A DNA stretch of 12,768 bases from Elusimicrobiota bacterium (GTDB lineage Bacteria; Elusimicrobiota; Elusimicrobia; Elusimicrobiales; UBA9959), in the NCBI GenBank assembly GCA_037137395.1, contig JBAXKK010000076.1, positions 1 to 12,768 of the forward strand. The letters are read 5' to 3'. Position numbers and translations under genes: made by a program. The first letter of the stretch is position 1. The number at the start of each line of letters is the position of its first letter. The notes beneath the pieces are model-generated. The model saw only the letters and a list, made by a program, of their open reading frames with translations, did no database searches and was not told where the DNA came from. Below are positions 1 through 7,825 of the stretch, piece after piece.

Positions 1-112
1 CGGGAGCGCGGCCACGGTGTGGACGATAGCGTGCCCGACGGGCCCATGCCCTCGCTGCCCTGACTTGGCTATCTTGCGGGGCGTTACACAAAGCTGACCT
101 GCCGCTGTTTCT

Positions 113-1003
113 TTATCTCGACTGAGGGGCGTATTCGGGGTGAAGGACCAGGCAGTAGTTGTCCATAACGAGTTTTTCTGAGCCGGGCGTTATGCGCTTC
201 AGCGCGCAGACATCGGAATTGGGGGGACAAAGCTTCGCCAGCGGATAGCCGGCCTTCACATATTGGTCGCAGGCGCCGCAGATGCTTTCCAAAGCGCCCA
301 GGGCCTGCGCGCGTTTTTTCTCCATAAGCGCGGCCAGCAGTTTTTTCGCGTCTTCCTTCATCCTGCCGGCGAAAGTCCGCGTCGGGTAGACCAGGCTCAA
401 ACGAGGCTTGCAAAGCCCGGACCAGGAGCCGGACGGCGAGCGCGCCCCGTCGGAGATAAATTCCATGCGGGCGAGCATTCTGCGACGCAGCTCCGCCGGC
501 GCCGAAACATCCGGGGAATACTTGCTGTGCGAAGTAAATCCGCCGAAAACATCCAATTGCGCCTCGCACGCCTCATTCGACGGATATAAAATCTCCGCTC
601 TTTCGCCAAGAAACATCCCACCCTTGACATTTCCCTCTCCGATCAGGAAAAAGCCACGCACCGAAGGACCCGAGAGTTTCAAGTAAACACCTTCGGCGTC
701 AAGATTATCATAGGAATATACTTTCGCCTGAGGATAGAGGACCCCAAGCCCGGAGATAAGGACGGACCGCACATCTTCGCACGCTTTGCGCGAGATGGAA
801 TCTTTAAAGGCCGAACCCTCAGGCAAAACACAGTTGCCGGTGAATATCAGCAATTTGCCCTGAGCGCAAAAATCAATAGGCATTTGTGAATCATCGCCGG
901 AGAGATTTCCGCCGTTATAGGACGACAGCGGCTGCCGCGCCGCCGCCGGGAACGCCACTGCCGAAATCAGCCCGACACAAACCGCCGCGATAATTTTTTT
1001 CAT
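113..1003 (-). CDS. Hypothetical exported protein, 296 aa, with Sec signal peptide and 10 Cys in the predicted mature part
   Basis: ATG preceded by GAGG (minus strand: GTGAGGTTTAATAAATG). N-terminus MKKIIAAVCVGLISAVAFPAAA has a basic/hydrophobic/AxA signal pattern. It follows the mrp gene on the same strand after 35 nt. No family recognised. Confidence 0.75.
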   Translation of the reverse strand: MKKIIAAVCVGLISAVAFPAAARQPLSSYNGGNLSGDDSQMPIDFCAQGKLLIFTGNCVLPEGSAFKDSISRKACEDVRSVLISGLGVLYPQAKVYSYDNLDAEGVYLKLSGPSVRGFFLIGEGNVKGGMFLGERAEILYPSNEACEAQLDVFGGFTSHSKYSPDVSAPAELRRRMLARMEFISDGARSPSGSWSGLCKPRLSLVYPTRTFAGRMKEDAKKLLAALMEKKRAQALGALESICGACDQYVKAGYPLAKLCPPNSDVCALKRITPGSEKLVMDNYCLVLHPEYAPQSR

Positions 1004-1038
1004 TTATTAAACCTCACAAGAATAATAGGCCATAGCCG

Positions 1039-1869
1039 CTATAGAACACCCTGTCCCGCTTCCAAACCTTTGGTCGCCTTTTCAATAGCGGCGGCCAGCG
1101 CTTTGGCGGCGGGGGAATCCTTCTTTGTTTCCACGAACAGCAGCCCTTTATCGCCCGCTTCAACCATGTCCGGATCGAAAGGGATCCGGCCCAGGAAAGG
1201 CACATCAAGCGATGCCGCGGCTCTCTCTCCGCCGCCGGCTTTAAAAAGGTTTACGTGCCCGCCGCAGTGCGGGCAGGGAAAATCGGTCATATTCTCGACT
1301 ATCCCCAGCACCCTCACGCCAAGCTGCTTAAGAAAATTAACGGCCTTCTTTGAATCCAGCAAGGCTACATCCTGACCCGTGGTCACAACCACGCCGCCAG
1401 CCAGCCCCGGAAGGAGCTGGCAGATTGAAAGAGGCTCGTCGCCGGTCCCGGGCGGGGCATCTATTATAAGGTAATCCAGATCGCCCCAGTTAACATCGGC
1501 CAGAAATTGTTTCAGCACATTCAGCTTCATCGGGCCGCGCCAGATAACCGGCGTCGCGCCCTCTTTGATCAGCGAGCCCATTGAAAGCATCACCAGGTTC
1601 TCCCTGACCGGCACCGGCTCTATCGCCTTACCATCCGATACGGGATTTACGCCTTCCCGCCCCGTCATCTTGGCGATAGATGGCCCGTGGATATCTATAT
1701 CCAGCAGTCCGACCCTGAAGCCTTTGCCGCTGAGCAGCGCCGCGAAAGAGACGGCCACCGAACTTTTGCCCACGCCGCCCTTATTGCTCATGACTATGAC
1801 CTTATTCTTAACCCTGGCCATATTCTCTTTTATCCGCGACATCGAGCCGTCTATAGCTACCTTATGCAT
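1039..1869 (-). CDS. mrp: Mrp/NBP35 family ATP-binding Fe-S cluster carrier protein (ApbC-like), ~276 aa
   Basis: Deviant Walker A KGGVGKS, DIDIHGPS, WRGPM, DAPPGTGDE and ENM...CPHC motifs. Start moved from 1917 to the ATG at 1869 (MHKVAID), which follows a GGAGA Shine-Dalgarno on the minus strand. Confidence 0.93.
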   Translation of the reverse strand: MHKVAIDGSMSRIKENMARVKNKVIVMSNKGGVGKSSVAVSFAALLSGKGFRVGLLDIDIHGPSIAKMTGREGVNPVSDGKAIEPVPVRENLVMLSMGSLIKEGATPVIWRGPMKLNVLKQFLADVNWGDLDYLIIDAPPGTGDEPLSICQLLPGLAGGVVVTTGQDVALLDSKKAVNFLKQLGVRVLGIVENMTDFPCPHCGGHVNLFKAGGGERAAASLDVPFLGRIPFDPDMVEAGDKGLLFVETKKDSPAAKALAAAIEKATKGLEAGQGVL

Positions 1870-1920
1870 GATAAATCTCCAGTATTGCTCAGAGCTGTGA
1901 CCTGTAACCGCCTCCACCCA

Positions 1921-2000
1921 AAGATATGATTAGCCTGAAAACAGGTCTTAATAAGTATATTTAATTATATTTTGTTATAATATTGAAAATTTATCTTCCT
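1921..2000. promoter_or_regulatory. AT-rich divergent promoter region; extended -10 (TGnTATAAT, 1973-1981) for the lysine operon and a TATAAT on the minus strand (1964-1969) toward mrp
   Basis: Very AT-rich stretch in a GC-richer window, between divergent genes. It contains TGTTATAAT on + and ATTATA (TATAAT on -). No convincing -35 boxes. Confidence 0.55.
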
Positions 2001-2032
2001 AGAAACAATCACTTCAGCGAAAGGGGAAAAAC

Positions 2033-2713
2033 ATGAAACCCGTACTCACTCCTGAGCAGGCTGTAGACTCTATAAAAGACGGCTCATCCGTAATGGCGGG
2101 TGGCTTTATGGGCTGCGGGAACGCGTTCACGCTGATCGACGCCCTGATAAACAAAGGCTCTAAAGATCTTACGCTTATCACCAGCGACACCTCCTTCCCG
2201 GACGTGGGGGTAGGCCGCCTGATCTGCCAGGGGCGCGTAAAAAACCTGTACGCCACGCACATAGGAACAAACCCCGTTTCAGGTCAGAAAATGAACTCGG
2301 GGGAAATGACTGTCACGCTTGTTCCGCAGGGGACTTTTTCAGAGCGCATCCGCGCAAAAGGCGCCGGGCTGGGCGGCGTTCTGACCCCTACCGGCATAGG
2401 CACCGATATTGAAAAGGGGAAGCAGAAGTTGACCATCGGCGGCAAAGATTACCTGCTTGAACTCCCGCTGGGCGCGGAATTCGCCCTGATAAAGGCGGAG
2501 GTGTGCGACAAATCCGGAAATTGCTTCCTGCCAATGGCGACTAAAAACGCCGCCGTTGTAATGGCCATGGCCGCTGATTATGTTATCGTAGAAGCCGAAA
2601 GGATCGTGGAAGCCGGAGAGCTGGATCCGGAAAAAGTGACTATCCCCGGCGTTTTTATTTCCGCGATAGTGAAAGCCGTGCTTCCGGCGGCTAACCTTCA
2701 GCTTAAAGCCTAG
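2033..2713 (+). CDS. atoD: Butyrate-acetoacetate (3-oxoacid) CoA-transferase subunit A
   Basis: DGSSVMAGGF, PQGTFSERIRAKGAGLGGVLTPTGIGT, and V..PGVF motifs of family I CoA-transferase alpha subunits. SD-like AAGGGG upstream. Paired with the B subunit. Confidence 0.92.
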   Translation: MKPVLTPEQAVDSIKDGSSVMAGGFMGCGNAFTLIDALINKGSKDLTLITSDTSFPDVGVGRLICQGRVKNLYATHIGTNPVSGQKMNSGEMTVTLVPQGTFSERIRAKGAGLGGVLTPTGIGTDIEKGKQKLTIGGKDYLLELPLGAEFALIKAEVCDKSGNCFLPMATKNAAVVMAMAADYVIVEAERIVEAGELDPEKVTIPGVFISAIVKAVLPAANLQLKA

Positions 2714-2723
2714 GAGATTTATA

Positions 2724-3383
2724 ATGGATCCTAAAGAACTTAAGAGAGTCCGCCTGGTAAAACGCATAGCGCAGGAATTTCCGGACGGCGCCTTGGTAAA
2801 CCTGGGCATCGGTATGCCCACAATGGTGGCTGACTACATCCCAGCGGGTAAGACCATACTCCTGCATTCGGAAAACGGCTTCACCGGCCTCGGCCCCCAG
2901 GCGGAAAAAGGCAAGGAAGACCCCCGACTGGTTAACGCTGGGGGACAGCCGGTAACCATATTGCCCGGCGGCTGTTTTTTTGACTCATCCATGTCTTTTG
3001 CCATAATCCGCGGCGGACACGTGGATTACACCGTTTTGGGCGCGCTGGAAGTTGATGAGCAGGGCAACCTGGCAAACTACATGATACCGGGTAAAATGGT
3101 GCCGGGAATGGGCGGTGCGATGGACCTTGTGGTGGGGGCTAAGAATGTCATCATCGCCATGGATCATGTCAATAAGAACGGCGCTCCGAAAATCCTTAAA
3201 AAATGTTCCCTGCCTCTCACCGCGGTGGGAGAAGTCGACGTCATAGTCACCGACATGGCCTTCATCCGCGTAACCAAGAAAGGTCTGGTCCTTGAAGAGA
3301 TAGCCGAAGACACCACGGTTGAAGAAGTTGTAAAAGCCACGGAGGCGCACCTGCATATTTCAGGCAAGCTAGGAAAATTCTGA
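2724..3383 (+). CDS. atoA: Butyrate-acetoacetate (3-oxoacid) CoA-transferase subunit B
   Basis: VNLGIGMP, SENG (catalytic Glu), RGGHVD and GMGGAMDLV motifs. AGGAG SD overlapping the upstream stop. Confidence 0.93.
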   Translation: MDPKELKRVRLVKRIAQEFPDGALVNLGIGMPTMVADYIPAGKTILLHSENGFTGLGPQAEKGKEDPRLVNAGGQPVTILPGGCFFDSSMSFAIIRGGHVDYTVLGALEVDEQGNLANYMIPGKMVPGMGGAMDLVVGAKNVIIAMDHVNKNGAPKILKKCSLPLTAVGEVDVIVTDMAFIRVTKKGLVLEEIAEDTTVEEVVKATEAHLHISGKLGKF

Positions 3384-3401
3384 GGATCAGAGGAATAAAG
3401 G
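3378..3401 (+). repeat. Short degenerate 8-nt tandem repeat (3 units) at the atoA-kce junction
   Basis: TTCTGAGG ATCAGAGG AATAAAGG. The middle unit is identical to the first unit of the 6436-6491 array. Confidence 0.4.
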
Positions 3402-3408
3402 ATATCTC

Positions 3409-4227
3409 ATGCCTAACAAAATGATAATAACCTGCGCTTTGAGCGGCGCGGAAACCACAAAAGCCCAGGCTCCCGCTCTGCCGATCACGCCTGAAGAGCT
3501 CGCGGCTTCGGCGGAAGAAGCCTGCCGGGCCGGCGCCTCAATAGTCCACCTGCACGCCAGAAACGCCGACGGCACTCCGACCGCCGACGTGAAAATATTT
3601 AAGGCGGCCATGGACCTGATACGCAAAAAATGCGACGTGGTGATAGAGCTTACCACCGGCGGCGCGGTGGGCATGACCCCGGAGGAGCGCATAGCCCCTG
3701 TGGCGCTTAAGCCGGACATGGCCTCGCTTGACTGCGGAACAGTCAATTTCGGCAACGACTATATAATCAACACGCTGCCCATCATGCGCCATTTCGCCAT
3801 GGAGATGAATAAGCACGGCGTGCGCCCCACGCTGGAATGCTTCGACGTCTCGCACGTGCAGTCATCCCATATTCTTATTAAAGAGGGTCTGCTGAAGCCG
3901 CCCTACCATTACGGCTTCGTTATGAATGTGCCGGGAGCGCTGAGCCTCAGCGTCAAGACCCTTTCCTATATGATCGACCAGATGCCGCCGGAAAGCTATT
4001 TCACCGTCATGGGCGTGGGCCGCGCCCATCTGCCGGGGATATACGGCGCCATAGCCGCCGGCGGGTTCATACGCGTCGGCTTTGAGGATAATATTTACTA
4101 TTCCAAGGGAAGGCTGGCCAAGTCCAACGCGGAATTTGTAGAGAGAGCTGTGCGCATAACTAAAGAAGCGGATCTGGAAATAGCTAAACCCGGCGATGTG
4201 CGCAAGATGTTCGCCCTAAAAGAATAA
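3409..4227 (+). CDS. kce: 3-keto-5-aminohexanoate cleavage enzyme (BKACE/DUF849 family)
   Basis: IITCALSGAE, P.TPEE, metal-binding HLH (VHLHAR), TTGG, GTVNFG and RVGFEDN motifs. Lysine fermentation context. Confidence 0.93.
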   Translation: MPNKMIITCALSGAETTKAQAPALPITPEELAASAEEACRAGASIVHLHARNADGTPTADVKIFKAAMDLIRKKCDVVIELTTGGAVGMTPEERIAPVALKPDMASLDCGTVNFGNDYIINTLPIMRHFAMEMNKHGVRPTLECFDVSHVQSSHILIKEGLLKPPYHYGFVMNVPGALSLSVKTLSYMIDQMPPESYFTVMGVGRAHLPGIYGAIAAGGFIRVGFEDNIYYSKGRLAKSNAEFVERAVRITKEADLEIAKPGDVRKMFALKE

Positions 4228-4250
4228 AACAAAATAAACAGGAGAAAAAC

Positions 4251-5312
4251 ATGTCAAAAACCATAATCGTAAAGAAAGGCGGCAACCCGTTCGGCTCGCA
4301 CAGGGTCATAGAACCCAAAGGCGCATTGCCCCAGCCCGCGCTGAAAGTCGACAACAATATGGACTACATCTATGATAACGAGATCATGATCGATGTGGAG
4401 ACCCTTAACATCGACTCCGCCAGTTTTACCCAGATAAAGGACGCCACCGGCCGCGACGAGGCTAAAATTAAAGAAATGATCCTGGGGATCGTAGGAGAGC
4501 GCGGCAAGATGCAGAACCCTGTAACCGGCTCGGGCGGCATGTTCATCGGCCGCGTCGCAAAGATAGGGCCGAAGCTGGAGGGGAAAATAAATCTTAAGGC
4601 CGGCGACAAGGTGGCAAGCCTCGTCTCACTCTCGCTGACCCCGCTCAAGATAGAGAAGATCTTCGGTATAAAAAAGGGCACCGAACAGGTGAATGTTAAA
4701 GCCAAAGCCGTGCTTTTTGAGAGCGGCATTTACGCCAAACTCCCTAAAGATATGCCCGAGACGCTGGCCCTGGCCGTGCTGGATGTAGCGGGCGCGCCCG
4801 CGCAGACCGCTAAACTGGTGAAGCCCGGCAACACCGTGGTGATCATCGGAGCCGCCGGCAAATCCGGAGTGCTGTGCGCCTACGAAGCCAAGCGGCGCGC
4901 TGGGATAAGCGGCAAGGTTATAGGCACAACCAGCTCCGATAACGGCCTCAAAAACATGAAGGAATACGGCCTCTGCGACGTCAACCTCAAGCTCAGCGCC
5001 ACCAATGCCCTTGAATGCTACGAGACGATACATAAGCTGACCGGTGGCAGGATGGCCGATGTGATAATAAACTGCGTCAACATCCCCAATACCGAGATGG
5101 CGTCTATACTGATGTGCCGCGACGGCGGCGTGGTATACTTCTTCACAATGGCGACCTCGTTCACTAAGGCGGCGCTGGGAGCTGAAGGGGTGGGCAAGGA
5201 CGTAGACATGATAATCGGCAATGGCTATACAAAGGACCACGCCGATATCACCCTTAACATACTGCGCGAATCTTCCAAGATCCGCAAGATATACGAGAAG
5301 ATATACGCCTAA
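4251..5312 (+). CDS. kdd: L-erythro-3,5-diaminohexanoate dehydrogenase, copy 1
   Basis: HRVIEP.G.LPQPA, LNIDSASF, NPVTGSGGM, SLVSLSLTPL, LDVAGAPAQ, GAAGKSG and AALGAEG...IGNGY motifs. AGGAG SD. Confidence 0.93.
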   Translation: MSKTIIVKKGGNPFGSHRVIEPKGALPQPALKVDNNMDYIYDNEIMIDVETLNIDSASFTQIKDATGRDEAKIKEMILGIVGERGKMQNPVTGSGGMFIGRVAKIGPKLEGKINLKAGDKVASLVSLSLTPLKIEKIFGIKKGTEQVNVKAKAVLFESGIYAKLPKDMPETLALAVLDVAGAPAQTAKLVKPGNTVVIIGAAGKSGVLCAYEAKRRAGISGKVIGTTSSDNGLKNMKEYGLCDVNLKLSATNALECYETIHKLTGGRMADVIINCVNIPNTEMASILMCRDGGVVYFFTMATSFTKAALGAEGVGKDVDMIIGNGYTKDHADITLNILRESSKIRKIYEKIYA

Positions 5313-5322
5313 GAGCGCAAGG

Positions 5323-5357
5323 GTCCGGCCGCGGAAAATTCCGCGGCCGGGACTTTT
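5323..5357 (+). terminator. GC-rich hairpin with short U-tract (intrinsic terminator or mRNA stability/processing element) between the kdd copies
   Basis: Perfect 11-bp stem CCGGCCGCGGA (5325-5335), loop AAAT, TCCGCGGCCGG (5340-5350), extendable by GT/AC, followed by TTTT (5354-5357). Confidence 0.65.
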
Positions 5358-5378
5358 AGGCTAGACCACAGGAAATCC

Positions 5379-6434
5379 ATGGCTACACAGATAAAATCCG
5401 GAGGAAACCCTTTCGGCGCGCACCGGGTCATAGAGCCCAGTGGTGTCCTGCCGCAGCCGGCGCTTAAAATAGACAATTGCATCGACTATATCTACGACAA
5501 CGAGATACTGGTGGACGTGGATACGCTGAACATCGATTCCGCCTCCTTCACGCAGATAAAAGAGGCGGCTGGCCGCGATGAGAAAATCATAATCGACACG
5601 ATAACGCGCATTGTAGCCGAGAAGGGTAAGATGCAAAATCCCGTAACCGGCTCGGGCGGAATGTTTATAGGCACGGTGGCTGTAATAGGTCCAAAATTAG
5701 CGGGAAAAATTGATTTAAAGCCTGGCGACAAGATAGCCAGCCTGGTCTCGCTTTCATTAACGCCGCTGAACATAGAAAAAGTGCTGGGTATAAAGAAGGG
5801 CACGGAACAGGTGAAGGTGAAAGCCAAGGCCATACTTTTTGAGAGCGGTATTTACGCCAAGCTTCCTTCTGATCTGCCGCAGACGCTCGCGCTGGCCGTA
5901 CTCGATGTGGCCGGCGCGCCAGCCCAGACTGCCAAGCTTGTAAAACCGGGCTCCACCGTGGCAATACTGGGCGCGGCAGGAAAATCCGGAGTGCTTTGCT
6001 CCTATGAGGCGAGGCGGCGCGTCGGAGTAAGCGGCCGCGTGATAGGGCTGGAGTACTCCGATTCAGCGGTAAAGAAGGTACAGGACTATGGTTTTTGCAC
6101 CGACGCGGCGCAAGCCAACGCCACCGACGCTCTGGAATGTTACTCGAAGGTAAGCGCCCTTACCGGCGGGAAAATGGCCGATGTTGTAATTAACTGCGTC
6201 AATATCCCGAATACCGAAATGGCCTCTGTTATGCTTTGCCGTGAAGAGGGCACGGTCTATTTTTTCAGCATGGCGACATCCTTCACAAAGGCGGCGCTCG
6301 GAGCCGAGGGCGTCGGCAAAGATGTTCACATGATCATCGGAAACGGTTACACCAGACACCACGCTGATATCACCATCAACATTCTGCGCGAATCGCCGGT
6401 GATACGAAAGATTTACGAAAGTATTTACGCGTAA
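5379..6434 (+). CDS. kdd: L-erythro-3,5-diaminohexanoate dehydrogenase, copy 2
   Basis: Same motifs as copy 1; gap-free alignment from GGNPFG to the C-terminus, ~76% aa identity by hand count (82 differences in 344 positions). AGGA SD. Confidence 0.92.
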   Translation: MATQIKSGGNPFGAHRVIEPSGVLPQPALKIDNCIDYIYDNEILVDVDTLNIDSASFTQIKEAAGRDEKIIIDTITRIVAEKGKMQNPVTGSGGMFIGTVAVIGPKLAGKIDLKPGDKIASLVSLSLTPLNIEKVLGIKKGTEQVKVKAKAILFESGIYAKLPSDLPQTLALAVLDVAGAPAQTAKLVKPGSTVAILGAAGKSGVLCSYEARRRVGVSGRVIGLEYSDSAVKKVQDYGFCTDAAQANATDALECYSKVSALTGGKMADVVINCVNIPNTEMASVMLCREEGTVYFFSMATSFTKAALGAEGVGKDVHMIIGNGYTRHHADITINILRESPVIRKIYESIYA

Positions 6435-6435
6435 T

Positions 6436-6491
6436 ATCAGAGGATCAGAAGATTGGAGGACTGTAAGACTAGAGGACTGGAGGACTGGTAT
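6436..6491 (+). repeat. Degenerate 8-nt tandem repeat array (7 units, consensus ~AYYRGARG)
   Basis: ATCAGAGG ATCAGAAG ATTGGAGG ACTGTAAG ACTAGAGG ACTGGAGG ACTGGTAT, starting one base after the kdd2 stop codon. Confidence 0.8.
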
Positions 6492-6556
6492 TCTGACGCG
6501 CTGCGCCGGACAGACACTGCACTAAGCCTTTGATCCGTAATTATAATGGAGAACCT

Positions 6557-7825
6557 GTGAAACAATACTCTAAGGTGGACTGGAAACAAATATCTCTGTG
6601 GAAAGATGTCTCCGCGCACGACTGGTTCGACTATAAATGGCAGCTGAAGAATGTCATAAAGGATATTCCCACGCTGGACAAGGTCGTAAAGCTGGACGCC
6701 GCCGAAAAAAAAGACCTCAAAAATTGCCTAAAAAAGTTCACCATGGCCATAACGCCCTACTACGCGGCCCTGATGGACAAGAAAAACAAGCGCTGCCCGG
6801 TGAGAATGCAGGCCATACCCCAGGCCCTGGAACTGAAAGACGACCCCTCCGATCTGTCAGATCCGCTGCACGAGGATGTGGACTCGCCTGTGCCGGGCCT
6901 TACGCACCGCTACCCGGACCGCGTGCTGCTCCTGGTCACGAATATCTGCTCCATGAACTGCCGCCACTGCACCCGCCGCCGCTTTGTGGGTTTTGAAGAC
7001 GTGCACATGGCTCCGGCCAACCTGGATAAGGCTATAGAATATATCCGCCGGAACAAGGCCGTACGCGACGTCCTCATCTCCGGCGGCGACCCGCTGGTTT
7101 TGACCGACGCCGCGCTTGAAGCCATCATAAAGCGCCTGCGCGCCATAGACCACGTGGAAATAATCCGCATCGGCAGCCGCACGCCCGTGGTTATGCCTAT
7201 GAGGATCACCGACGACCTGGTCACGATGCTCAAGAAGTACCATCCGATATACGTCAACACGCATTTCAACCATCCGAAAGAAATGACGGCCGAAGCCGCC
7301 GCCGCCTGCGCCAAGATGGCCGACGCCGGCATCCCGGTCGGCAATCAGAGCGTGCTTCTGAGGGGCGTGAACGACTGCCCCCAAACAATGAAGCGTCTGG
7401 TGCACGAACTCCTGGTCGCCCGCGTTAAACCTTATTATATCTACCAGTGCGACCTGTCAAAGGGCATCAGCCACTTCAGAACCACCGTCTCAAAGGGCGT
7501 AGAGATAATAGAGAACCTGCGGGGCCACACGACAGGCATGGCCGTGCCGACCTTTGTCGTGGACGCGCCCGGCGGCGGGGGAAAGACCCCGGTTATGCCG
7601 ACCTACGTCATATCCATGTCGGAGAAGCGCGTGGTGCTGCGCAATTACGAGGGCGTTATCACCACTTATACCGAACCCTCCGGCTACACTTCGGACTGCG
7701 GAACCTGCGAATACTGCTCCGACGACAAATACAAACCGATCGACGGGGTAGCGCGCCTCCTGAACGGCGACCTGCTCACGCTTGAGCCTTCGCAGCTGAC
7801 GCGCAATAAGCGCCATAAAAAATAA
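6557..7825 (+). CDS. kamA: Lysine 2,3-aminomutase (radical SAM, PLP)
   Basis: HRYPDRVL, CxxxCxxC (CSMNCRHC), SGGDPL, YQCDLS, VVDAPGGGGK (PLP lysine) and C-terminal Zn Cys cluster (CGTCEYC). The Asp residues in CDLS and VDAP fit lysine rather than glutamate 2,3-aminomutase. Start placed at GTG 6557 after GGAGA rather than TTG 6530. Confidence 0.96.
   Translation: MKQYSKVDWKQISLWKDVSAHDWFDYKWQLKNVIKDIPTLDKVVKLDAAEKKDLKNCLKKFTMAITPYYAALMDKKNKRCPVRMQAIPQALELKDDPSDLSDPLHEDVDSPVPGLTHRYPDRVLLLVTNICSMNCRHCTRRRFVGFEDVHMAPANLDKAIEYIRRNKAVRDVLISGGDPLVLTDAALEAIIKRLRAIDHVEIIRIGSRTPVVMPMRITDDLVTMLKKYHPIYVNTHFNHPKEMTAEAAAACAKMADAGIPVGNQSVLLRGVNDCPQTMKRLVHELLVARVKPYYIYQCDLSKGISHFRTTVSKGVEIIENLRGHTTGMAVPTFVVDAPGGGGKTPVMPTYVISMSEKRVVLRNYEGVITTYTEPSGYTSDCGTCEYCSDDKYKPIDGVARLLNGDLLTLEPSQLTRNKRHKK

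Noticed and set aside
1..112. 3' end of a convergent + strand gene (stops at 61-63 or 95-97)
   Set aside because: Too little sequence to choose a frame or product.
6436..6491. CRISPR array
   Set aside because: Units are 8 nt and contiguous, with no spacers and no cas genes.
6542..6547. Internal promoter (TATAAT) for kamA
   Set aside because: It abuts the SD, so a transcript would start downstream of the SD; there is no -35 or extended -10.
6435..6556. SAM-I, lysine or cobalamin riboswitch upstream of kamA (ATCAGAG and GAGGACTGG resemble SAM-I pieces)
   Set aside because: No GCAACC/GTGC core, no plausible multi-stem fold or expression platform. The motifs are explained by the 8-nt periodicity. 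An Rfam cmscan would settle it.
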